Below, piece by piece: positions 1 to 7,695 of a DNA stretch of 45,257 bases (the first letter of the stretch is position 1; each line of letters opens with the position of its first letter). The notes under the pieces are model-generated. The model saw nothing but the letters and a program-made list of their open reading frames with translations. It did no database searches and had not been told where the DNA came from. Location of the stretch: NCBI GenBank assembly GCA_964398115.1, contig CAYNLP010000005.1, positions 1 through 45,257 on the forward strand. The letters are read 5' to 3'. Source of the DNA: an uncultured Methanosarcinales archaeon (GTDB lineage Archaea; Nanobdellota; Nanobdellia; Woesearchaeales; CAYNLP01). A program made the translations under genes and the position numbers.

Positions 1-292
1 GCATTTGTTCATGGACTTGAGCTTTTGTTTCAAGCCATGATTGTTGTCGAGCTTTTAGCTGTTCGTTTCTTTCTTGTAACAGGTCAATTTTGGCTTCGTT
101 GCTGAACGTCAATGTTTTTCTGATGTTGAACACGAAGTCGCTAATGTCTTCCTTCATGCCCTTAACTCTGAGGTCCATTTTTGACACTGCATCTACTTGT
201 GCATTGCTTCTAGCCTGCGCGTTCTGTGCCGCTGCCATTGGCAACGAGGCGACTAGGCCTACTAACAATATTGTAACTATTTTCTTTAACAT
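1..292 (-). CDS. secreted protein of unknown function, N-terminal part (gene runs off the left edge)
   Basis: ATG at 292-290 (minus) is preceded by GGAGGTGA (complement of 298-305). I translated the frame by hand and it stays open to base 2. N-terminus MLKKIVTILLVGLVASLPMAAAQ looks like a signal peptide. Absent from the ORF track because no stop lies in the window. Confidence 0.6.
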   Translation of the reverse strand, partial: MLKKIVTILLVGLVASLPMAAAQNAQARSNAQVDAVSKMDLRVKGMKEDISDFVFNIRKTLTFSNEAKIDLLQERNEQLKARQQSWLETKAQVHEQM

Positions 293-527
293 CGAAATCA
301 CCTCCGATTTCGATTACGGAAAGCTCTTTTGTCTTTCCGCGCTCGCTTTTGTGCGAGCTTTTCTACCTATTATATAATCGTTTCATTAGTAAGAACTTTT
401 CTTGAAACGTTTTAGCAACGGTTTTCAAAGGTTTCAAGAGTTTGTTGTGTTTAAAGATTTGTTTTAATCAAGAAGTTTTTCGTAAGGTTTATAAGGGATG
501 ATTTTAGGGTGAAACGGTGTGAAACAG

Positions 528-1355
528 TTATTTCACCCATTTTAACTTGTTTGTGCGTCCGTGGCTTTCTTTCTCTACTAGGCCTTTTTCTTCAAGTTTT
601 TTGACAATCCTTGTTGTTTTTGCTCGTCCCAGACCGAATTCCCTGTGTAAGTCTTTTTGCATACATTCTTCTTTTTCTTCTAAGTATTGTATGACTTTCT
701 TCTCATCTTCCCTGAAGCCTTGGAGAAATTCTTTTCTTGTTTTTTGTTGATAGTAGTTGAACATGTAAGCTATTATTACGGCGAGGAAGGTAATGAGTAC
801 TATCCAAACTCCTGTTTTTTGTTCTGTTTTAGAATACTTGACTGTGAATAGTTGTTCTTCCACTTGTTTTCCCATCCACATCAAGGTTATTCTTTGCCCG
901 TCTGATCCTGTCTTGCTGTCCTCTGGTTTGTAAGCGTTGTTTGTTATGGTATGTCCTGGGGGTAGGATTATTTCAGAATTTATTTTTTCAACGGGATTCT
1001 CGAAGGAGAATTCGGTGTAGAAGAATTTGTTGTCTGTATTGGTGTAGACCGCGTTTTCTTTTTTGAAGGAAATTGTTAGAGTTGAAGTGTTTTGAGCTTT
1101 TATTGATATCTTTCCGTCCTGCAACCTGTAGTCAGCTTTTTCACCGTTTGCTCTTGCTTGTACGTTGTTCACTTCTTCCCCAATTGTGTAGTTCAGTATT
1201 TTGCTTACTGGCGTTGTAAACTTATATTTTAGAGTTTGTTGCACGCTCCTGTCTTCTTTCAGGTCAAAGGTAATGTTTAAAGATGAGATTTGTAGGGCTT
1301 GTGCTGTTGGCAGTGCCAGTATGAATGCGGCCAGTATCAGAATTTTTTTGTTCAT
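528..1355 (-). CDS. membrane-anchored winged-HTH protein (signal peptide, about 165-aa extracytoplasmic domain, one TM helix, C-terminal MarR-like wHTH)
   Basis: N-terminus MNKKILILAAFILALPTAQA is a signal peptide. TM helix VWIVLITFLAVIIAYMFNYY. C-terminal segment KKVIQYLEEKEECMQKDLHREFGLGRAKTTRIVKKLEEKGLVEKE looks like a wHTH. Confidence 0.7.
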   Translation of the reverse strand: MNKKILILAAFILALPTAQALQISSLNITFDLKEDRSVQQTLKYKFTTPVSKILNYTIGEEVNNVQARANGEKADYRLQDGKISIKAQNTSTLTISFKKENAVYTNTDNKFFYTEFSFENPVEKINSEIILPPGHTITNNAYKPEDSKTGSDGQRITLMWMGKQVEEQLFTVKYSKTEQKTGVWIVLITFLAVIIAYMFNYYQQKTRKEFLQGFREDEKKVIQYLEEKEECMQKDLHREFGLGRAKTTRIVKKLEEKGLVEKESHGRTNKLKWVK

Positions 1356-1368
1356 CTCTTTTCTCCCT

Positions 1369-2346
1369 CTACCCTTTTAAACCTTTTTCGTATATTTTAT
1401 CTGCTATTTCTCTCAGCTTGTCCTCATCATCTTCTGTTTTGAATAAGAGTTCTCCGTAATCGTGGACGACTACTTCTTCGTCATCCAATTCTATTACTGT
1501 TACTATACCGGCGTCGGCTTTTACATTGAATGTTTCTTTTATTTTTTCTAGATTTAAGTTCATGTCTTCTTTTGGTTTTGCACTCATAGTTGCTTTTGAA
1601 TCACAGTACTCAATGGTGTATCCTTCTTTACTTTCAAGGTGGTCGTATTTTCCGTTGCAAGTTGGACATTTGGGATTTTTTTGAACGCCGTATTTTTGGT
1701 ATTCGTTCTTCCATAGGTTTACCGCTATTAAGTCTTCTGCTGGTTTTTCTCCTAGTAGTATCTTGAGTGCTTCTGTTGCTTGGATGGTTGACACTTGAGT
1801 GCTTGCTGTGTTTAAAATCCCTGCAGTTTCGCAGTTTTCTAAACTTTTAGCTTTTTCAAAAACGCATTTGAAGCATGGACTGTCGTTGGTGACGTAGACC
1901 ATGCCTCGATCTTCTACGGCTGCGGCGTAGATCCATGGAATGTTTTTCTTCATAGCGTAGTCGTTGATTAAAAGCCTGGTTTGCATGTTGTCTGTACAGT
2001 CGAGTATTACGTCTTCGTTTAGAGCTTCTGTGCTGGAGGTGTCTAGATGTAGTTTTTTCTCTTTTATTTCTATCTCGTTGTTTATTTTTCTTAGTCTTTT
2101 AGCAGCTGCTTCGGATTTTGGCGCGTTTATGTCTTGTTCGTCGTAGAGGGTTTGCCTGTTTAGGTTGCTTTCTTCTACTATGTCGTGGTCTATGAGGACT
2201 AGTTTTCCGACGCCTGCTCTTGCTAGTAGTTCTGCTGTGACAGTTCCTGTACTTCCTAGTCCTACTATAACGGCTGAGCTCTTGCTTAGTTTCTTTTGTC
2301 CTTGTTTTCCTATATGTTTGAGGACTTCTTGACGGTCGTATCTCAT
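1369..2346 (-). CDS. E1-like adenylyltransferase of the ThiF/MoeB/UbaA family with an extra C-terminal domain of about 85 aa
   Basis: RYDRQ start, Rossmann motif VGLGSTGT, LIDHDIVEESNLNRQ, and two CxxC pairs (CFKC, CPTC). The track start is GTG at 2349; the ATG is at 2346. Confidence 0.85.
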   Translation of the reverse strand: MRYDRQEVLKHIGKQGQKKLSKSSAVIVGLGSTGTVTAELLARAGVGKLVLIDHDIVEESNLNRQTLYDEQDINAPKSEAAAKRLRKINNEIEIKEKKLHLDTSSTEALNEDVILDCTDNMQTRLLINDYAMKKNIPWIYAAAVEDRGMVYVTNDSPCFKCVFEKAKSLENCETAGILNTASTQVSTIQATEALKILLGEKPAEDLIAVNLWKNEYQKYGVQKNPKCPTCNGKYDHLESKEGYTIEYCDSKATMSAKPKEDMNLNLEKIKETFNVKADAGIVTVIELDDEEVVVHDYGELLFKTEDDEDKLREIADKIYEKGLKG

Positions 2347-2425
2347 CACATTTTTAGGATGGAAGATTTGTATTTAAAAGTATGTCCAGAATTCTTTTCA
2401 ATATGGAAAAGAAATAATTAAATAA

Positions 2426-2495
2426 CGTTTCAAGAAAACAACTGCTCGTTTCACTTTTTTTGAACTTGTTTCAGTAAAGTAGTTATTTCGTTTCA
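2426..2495 (+). promoter_or_regulatory. array of four phased YGTTTCA direct repeats in a divergent intergenic region
   Basis: CGTTTCA at 2426 and 2447, TGTTTCA at 2467, CGTTTCA at 2489. Spacings are 21, 20 and 22 bp. Confidence 0.5.
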
Positions 2496-2524
2496 ACTAT
2501 AGAAATATAATAGAGGTGATTTAA

Positions 2525-2794
2525 ATGAAGAAATTAACGATAGGGCTGGTAACTGTCTTGTTGGCAACTCTCGCAATAGTAGCTGCTCACGGAGATAACA
2601 ATAGATTACAAAAAGATGGAAAGGGTGAAAGCTTGGAAAACGGAAACAACCAAAATTCTCTAGACCACCGAGAAAACACAGATTTCAACATAATGCCTTT
2701 CATAGATGGTGAAGAAGAATTTGAACACATGCAGGGAATGCACGAACAGAGAGAAAATAATAACATTCCATGTCACGGAATGATGTGGAGGTAG
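2525..2794 (+). CDS. small secreted His/Met-rich protein
   Basis: GGTGA lies 5 nt upstream of the ATG. Signal peptide MKKLTIGLVTVLLATLAIVAA. C-terminal half is rich in H, M and E, with a single Cys (CHGMMW). Confidence 0.55.
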   Translation: MKKLTIGLVTVLLATLAIVAAHGDNNRLQKDGKGESLENGNNQNSLDHRENTDFNIMPFIDGEEEFEHMQGMHEQRENNNIPCHGMMWR

Positions 2795-2853
2795 AACTCC
2801 ACACATTTCGCCAAGTATATAAGTAAAAAAACTTTACAATGAGGTGAAACAAA

Positions 2854-3075
2854 ATGATGCACTACAGTTACAATGCAGGAATGTGGGGTTGGGGATGGAT
2901 TTTCCAACTCTTAATCCTCATACTGTTCTTCGTAATACTCTGGTGGATGATCAGAAACAGTCAAAGCTTTGGTTACAAGAGTGAAGAAAGTGCTGAAGAA
3001 ATCCTGAAGAAAAGACTTGCACGTGGCGAGATAGACGAAGAGGAGTACAAAAAGCTGAAAAAGGAGATTGAATGA
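2854..3075 (+). CDS. SHOCT-domain small membrane protein
   Basis: GGTGA Shine-Dalgarno site. W/G-rich TM helix. C-terminal AEEILKKRLARGEIDEEEYKKLKKEIE matches the SHOCT pattern. Confidence 0.65.
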   Translation: MMHYSYNAGMWGWGWIFQLLILILFFVILWWMIRNSQSFGYKSEESAEEILKKRLARGEIDEEEYKKLKKEIE

Positions 3076-3488
3076 TGGAGATAGACACCAAACGCCTAGT
3101 CATAGGCATGGTCTTAGTCTTCATATTGGGAGTATCGTTCGCAATAGTCAACGGCTTTTATACAAGTCAAGCTAATGAACAACTCCCAATCATAGTTTAC
3201 GGTATTTCTTTCATATCCATCCTGGTAGGAGCGTTCATCGTGGTCATGTTTCAATGGCGTATAAACAAAGCTCAACTCCGTAAATTACTGAAAATATTAC
3301 CGCAGGAAGAGAGAAAACTGGTTAAGATATTGATGGATAATGACAACAAGTTAGAACAGAACAAGCTAGTCGTCCTCTCCGGCCTTTCAAAGGTCAAGGT
3401 ATCGAGGACGCTCTCCAAACTTGAAGAACGAAGAGTTGTGGAGAAAAAACCCATGGGCAACACAAATCTTGTTATATTGAATTTTTAA
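3072..3488 (+). CDS. membrane-anchored winged-HTH protein (two TM helices plus MarR-like wHTH), paralog-like to the C-terminus of 528..1355
   Basis: ATGA start/stop overlap with the upstream gene. Two hydrophobic helices are followed by ERKLVKILMDNDNKLEQNKLVVLSGLSKVKVSRTLSKLEERRVVEKK. Confidence 0.65.
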   Translation: MMEIDTKRLVIGMVLVFILGVSFAIVNGFYTSQANEQLPIIVYGISFISILVGAFIVVMFQWRINKAQLRKLLKILPQEERKLVKILMDNDNKLEQNKLVVLSGLSKVKVSRTLSKLEERRVVEKKPMGNTNLVILNF

Positions 3489-4141
3489 CTTTTCTTTTTC
3501 AAAACAAAAAAGGCGTGATGACTTTCATAAGGTGCAAGTTCACGATAATCTGCTATCACAAAATTTTCAGGAACTTCTTCCTCTACTTGTTTAAAAACTT
3601 CTTTAGGATTTTCTGCTACATCCACAGAAGCAGCTTTCAAACTCAAAAGTCCAAAACCTCCTTTTTTCAAGAATTCATCCATATTCTTCACAATAATTTC
3701 TAACTGGTTCTTTTGCGCAACATCCTGGAAGACGACATCAACTTCAGGTATTAAATCGTTGTACTCTTCCGGATTGTTCGCATCTACCATTAAAGGCGCC
3801 ATGTTCTCCCTCTCTTCACACAACGGTATCAGGTCAAGCATGACTTCATTACTGTTATCCACACAGAACACCATACCCGCGCGGATGATGTCTGACACAA
3901 AACTTGGGGTGTAACCATGACCAGCTCCAAGGTATAATACTATGTCTTCTGGTTCTAACGCGATCTGACTTATCCCGTTCATGATTGCAGCGGCTAGCTT
4001 ACTCCGATTAGGATTCCACTTCCTATACTCTTCCCCTTCTCTTTCTAAAACGTCTTCGCCGAAATGCGTCTTGCCAGAAAAATAACTCTTAGTGTATAAC
4101 TCGTCTCCTTTCTTGTAAACGTTGTAAAATATTTCTTTCAT
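3485..4141 (-). CDS. flpA: fibrillarin-like rRNA/tRNA 2'-O-methyltransferase
   Basis: YRKWNPNRSKLAAAI, LYLGAGHGYTPSFVSDI (SAM-binding motif), and typical archaeal fibrillarin length. Confidence 0.93.
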   Translation of the reverse strand: MKEIFYNVYKKGDELYTKSYFSGKTHFGEDVLEREGEEYRKWNPNRSKLAAAIMNGISQIALEPEDIVLYLGAGHGYTPSFVSDIIRAGMVFCVDNSNEVMLDLIPLCEERENMAPLMVDANNPEEYNDLIPEVDVVFQDVAQKNQLEIIVKNMDEFLKKGGFGLLSLKAASVDVAENPKEVFKQVEEEVPENFVIADYRELAPYESHHAFFVLKKKS

Positions 4142-4494
4142 TCTTCAATCCTAGAATACACCAGTCGGGAAAACCCTACTGAAAACAGTATTACTGCTAT
4201 TGCCAAAGTGACCATCAAGAATTCCCTAACAGCAAATTCTAACAGAACATAACTTAGTACAAAAAAAGCCACGCTCGCTGCGAAAAAACTAGATGTGTGC
4301 TCGAAATAATTTTTTAACTTCTTTTGCTCTTTCGTTTTTTTCTCCTCCGCTACAGTTATGAAGTAAAAAACTGCGCCGAGCAAGATAAATCCGATATAGA
4401 GGGAGGGTTTGTCAATTCTGAAATAAAAGGTGAAGCTGAATATCGTAATCATAGTAAGAGCTACAGCTTCCTTCCAAAACATTTCATCATTCAT
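4138..4494 (-). CDS. small integral membrane protein (3-4 TM helices) lying between nop5 and fibrillarin
   Basis: ORF has hydrophobic helices. Its stop overlaps the fibrillarin ATG (ATGA at 4141-4138). An internal ATG at 4494 overlaps the nop5 stop (GATGAATGA). The track start at 4509 is also possible. Confidence 0.55.
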   Translation of the reverse strand: MNDEMFWKEAVALTMITIFSFTFYFRIDKPSLYIGFILLGAVFYFITVAEEKKTKEQKKLKNYFEHTSSFFAASVAFFVLSYVLLEFAVREFLMVTLAIAVILFSVGFSRLVYSRIEE

Positions 4495-5224
4495 CGAAGC
4501 GCTCCTCAAGTTCTTCCTTCAAATCATCGCCTATAAACTTTTCGCCAAAGTAATCAGCTCTAACCGCTAACGCGATCTTGTCAGCGATTGCCCTAGCAAC
4601 TTTTCCACGTTCATCTTCATCCGCGTCTTGCACCATGCTATGATGGAATAAGTAACCATACTTTGGAGGTTTCGCTCCTGTCTTCAAATGTCTGAACAAA
4701 GCTTTTTCTGCTCCCAATAATTGTATAGCGTTGCTGGGTTTCATAGCGAGTTTTTTCAAACCACCCGCTTCCTGCAATAGTTTAGCACCCACTCTCGCTT
4801 CCGCTACTATCATCAAGTTAGGACAATAATCCTCCATAGTTTCTTTCAAGTAATTATCAAGTTTATCCAAGTAATCATATAAGTCATTAACTCGTTGGAT
4901 ATAATGTTCCAAAATTTCTAAATCTTTTCCTTCTAAATTTGCACCCATGCTTTCTTTAATATCAAATTGTTGCATTAACTCCTCTTTAGAATTAGCTTGG
5001 ATAACTTCTATAAATTCTCTATCTTCCCTTAGTTCTTTATTGATTTCAGGAAAGTACAGCTTATACCAGTTGCGAATTCGTTCCACTAATGAATTCAAAG
5101 TGTCCTCCACTTGTTCAATGTTAGTTATAGTTTGACGAATGTAATCGTCTTTATTTACACTTTCGGAAACGGATTTTTTAGACCGTTTAATACATTTTTC
5201 CCTTAATTTTTGAAGATTAGACAT
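4487..5224 (-). CDS. nop5: Nop5/Nop56-58 family C/D box sRNP protein, short form (NOSIC-like helix plus Nop domain, no N-terminal domain)
   Basis: RNWYKLYFPEI (NOSIC-like) and GAEKALFRHLKTGAKPPKYGYLFHH (Nop domain signature). Only 245 aa. Confidence 0.85.
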   Translation of the reverse strand: MSNLQKLREKCIKRSKKSVSESVNKDDYIRQTITNIEQVEDTLNSLVERIRNWYKLYFPEINKELREDREFIEVIQANSKEELMQQFDIKESMGANLEGKDLEILEHYIQRVNDLYDYLDKLDNYLKETMEDYCPNLMIVAEARVGAKLLQEAGGLKKLAMKPSNAIQLLGAEKALFRHLKTGAKPPKYGYLFHHSMVQDADEDERGKVARAIADKIALAVRADYFGEKFIGDDLKEELEERFDE

Positions 5225-5306
5225 ACTCTTTTCACAAAGTTCGTTATCATATTTAAATTATTAACGCAAATTTATTAAATACAAAACGATGTATTAGTAA
5301 TCCTTG

Positions 5307-6224
5307 ATGGCGTTCACTCAAGGAAATATAGTTAGCGTTCATGATCTTTCTAAGGAGGATTTACTTCACATCTTAAAAGTTGCTAAAGATATGGAAGAAA
5401 ATGTTGAAAAAGATTTGTTAAAAGACAAGATACTCGCAACTATCTTCTACGAGCCAAGCACTAGGACGAGGTTGAGTTTTGTCAGCGCGATGGAACAACT
5501 CGGAGGTGAAGTTTTAGGATTTAGTAAAGCCGCTACTTCCAGTGCGAAGAAAGGAGAAAGTTTGTGGGATACTATGAAAGTCGTAGAAGGGTATGCTGAC
5601 GGTATTGTCATAAGACATCCTTTGGAAGGATCGGCTAGGCTCGCTTCAGAAGCAACTGAAATCCCTGTTCTAAACGCAGGGGATGGCAGCAATCAACATC
5701 CAACGCAAACCCTGCTAGACTTGTACACGATTCAAAAGGAAAAAGAAGATTTAGAAGATTTGAAAGTTGGAATTCTGGGAGATTTGAAGTATGGTCGTAC
5801 AGTTCACAGTTTGATATCTGCTATGAGCTATTTTAATCCAGAATTTTATTTCGTCGCGCCTGACGCTTTACAACTTCCAAGTCAGTATTTGGAGGAGTTA
5901 GATAAAGAAAGCATTCCTTATACTCTAGAAGAAGATTTAAACAAAGTAATTTCTGAATTAGACGTTTTATACGTGACCCGAATCCAAGAAGAACGCTTTG
6001 CTGACCCGCAAGAATATGAAAGGTACAAAGGAACTTACCAAATTGACAAAAGCATCCTTCCAAAAGCAAAAAAAGATTTGAAAATTTTACATCCTCTGCC
6101 TAGGGTGGATGAAATAAGTCCTGAATTAGATGATACAAAACACGCGGTTTATTTCAGCCAAGCTGCTAATGGCGTCCACGTCCGCAAAGCGCTCTTAGCC
6201 ACGTTACTAGGTGATATTGAATGA
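5307..6224 (+). CDS. pyrB: aspartate carbamoyltransferase catalytic subunit
   Basis: STRTR, HPTQ and HPLPR motifs. The track start is TTG at 5304; the ATG is at 5307. Confidence 0.95.
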   Translation: MAFTQGNIVSVHDLSKEDLLHILKVAKDMEENVEKDLLKDKILATIFYEPSTRTRLSFVSAMEQLGGEVLGFSKAATSSAKKGESLWDTMKVVEGYADGIVIRHPLEGSARLASEATEIPVLNAGDGSNQHPTQTLLDLYTIQKEKEDLEDLKVGILGDLKYGRTVHSLISAMSYFNPEFYFVAPDALQLPSQYLEELDKESIPYTLEEDLNKVISELDVLYVTRIQEERFADPQEYERYKGTYQIDKSILPKAKKDLKILHPLPRVDEISPELDDTKHAVYFSQAANGVHVRKALLATLLGDIE

Positions 6225-6670
6225 AAGAATTAAAGATAAGCGCGATAGAAAACGGGACGGTGATTGATCACATCCCTAGCAACCACACTTTCAAAGTAGT
6301 GGACTTGTTAGACTTAGAAGGTATTGAAGATACGGTTAGCGTAGCCACGAACCTAGAAAGTAAAGCTATGAAGAAGAAAGGAATTGTCAAAGTTGGAGGA
6401 AAGGAATTAACGAAAGAAGAAGTGGACAAGATCGCGTTGTTAGCTCCAGATGCTACAGTCAACTTCATCCAAGACTACGAAGTTGTGCGTAAAGAAAGAG
6501 TTGACATCCACGACAAAGTAAAAGGAATAATTAAATGCGGCAATCCAAACTGCATTACTAACAATGAAGAAGTAACAACCAAGTTCTACGTTTTAGAAGA
6601 AAACCCGTTGAAAGTGAAATGTCATTATTGCGAAAGAATATTCGACCAAAGCGATGTAGAGATAAAGTAA
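6221..6670 (+). CDS. pyrI: aspartate carbamoyltransferase regulatory subunit
   Basis: ATGA overlap with pyrB. C-terminal zinc site CGNPNC ... CHYC. Confidence 0.93.
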   Translation: MKELKISAIENGTVIDHIPSNHTFKVVDLLDLEGIEDTVSVATNLESKAMKKKGIVKVGGKELTKEEVDKIALLAPDATVNFIQDYEVVRKERVDIHDKVKGIIKCGNPNCITNNEEVTTKFYVLEENPLKVKCHYCERIFDQSDVEIK

Positions 6671-6671
6671 T

Positions 6672-7004
6672 TTATTCGTAATCAAGCATCTCTTCCCTCC
6701 TATCTCTATCATGATACGGTGGTAAACTCATCTTTTTTACACTTGAACAAATCGTTCGAGATATTCCTTTCTCTTCATCAAAGAAGGTACTAAATTCAAG
6801 ATTCTCCTCTATCTCACCAACGGATTCAATCTCAACTCTTCCCTCCAAAGGCTTCTGCTTCGGAGAAAATCCCTTTTGATAAACATTTTCAAAAGTATCA
6901 GACAAAGTCTTCGAAATCATCGGATCGTTATCTCTTCCACTATCACTAATAGTCGAAGCCTTTCGTGCCTGACTATAACCCTCTATAACATGTTTCATAC
7001 TCAT
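6672..7004 (-). CDS. hypothetical protein
   Basis: ORF only, with no recognisable motif. Converges on pyrI with a 1-nt gap. Confidence 0.45.
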   Translation of the reverse strand: MSMKHVIEGYSQARKASTISDSGRDNDPMISKTLSDTFENVYQKGFSPKQKPLEGRVEIESVGEIEENLEFSTFFDEEKGISRTICSSVKKMSLPPYHDRDRREEMLDYE

Positions 7005-7102
7005 ATAGATAAGAAAGGATAAAGTTTATCTTATAAATTTTGCTTACCCTTTTTTTGTAAAATATAAAAAAACTTAGATATGAAAGAAAAAAAAGGAGTA
7101 TA

Positions 7103-7648
7103 ATGTTATTAGGAACACTTTTTTTAGTTGTTTTATTAGCCGAGCTAACTCTTTTATCTACATTAGTATATTCTATTAGAAAACCGGAAAATGGATTGTG
7201 GCCTCCAAGAAATAAATTTACTTTTTGGATTAACTGGACTAACAAAGCTGTAATCTATAGTGTATTATTTGTTCTAACGATATTAGGTTGGAATAATTTT
7301 GTACTCCCAGATTGGATGCGATATGTGTTAGGACCACTCTTTCTTATTATTGGAACTTACTTTAGTCTATCAAGTGTAAGAATTCTCGGTAAGGAAAGGA
7401 CTGTAGGTAAAGAGAGAGGACTATGTTCGCAAGGAATTTACTCTTATACCAGAAACCCTCAGTATATATTCTTCATACTATCCATAATAGGTTATACTAT
7501 AGTTGTAAATTCTATTTACGTCTTTACCTGCGCATTTATCCTGATCTTGTGGTATCTCCTAGCACCTTTAGCTGAAGAACCTTGGCTTAAAAAGAAATAT
7601 GGAAAAGAATACTTAGAATATAAAGAAAAAGTTCCTAGATGGATTTAG
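7103..7648 (+). CDS. membrane methyltransferase of the ICMT / phospholipid methyltransferase family
   Basis: Multiple TM helices and GIYSYTRNPQY, with GGAG upstream of the ATG. Confidence 0.7.
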   Translation: MLLGTLFLVVLLAELTLLSTLVYSIRKPENGLWPPRNKFTFWINWTNKAVIYSVLFVLTILGWNNFVLPDWMRYVLGPLFLIIGTYFSLSSVRILGKERTVGKERGLCSQGIYSYTRNPQYIFFILSIIGYTIVVNSIYVFTCAFILILWYLLAPLAEEPWLKKKYGKEYLEYKEKVPRWI

Positions 7649-7695
7649 TCTCTTATGAAACTTTATAAACTAAGTTCGTTTTTCTCATACAACCC

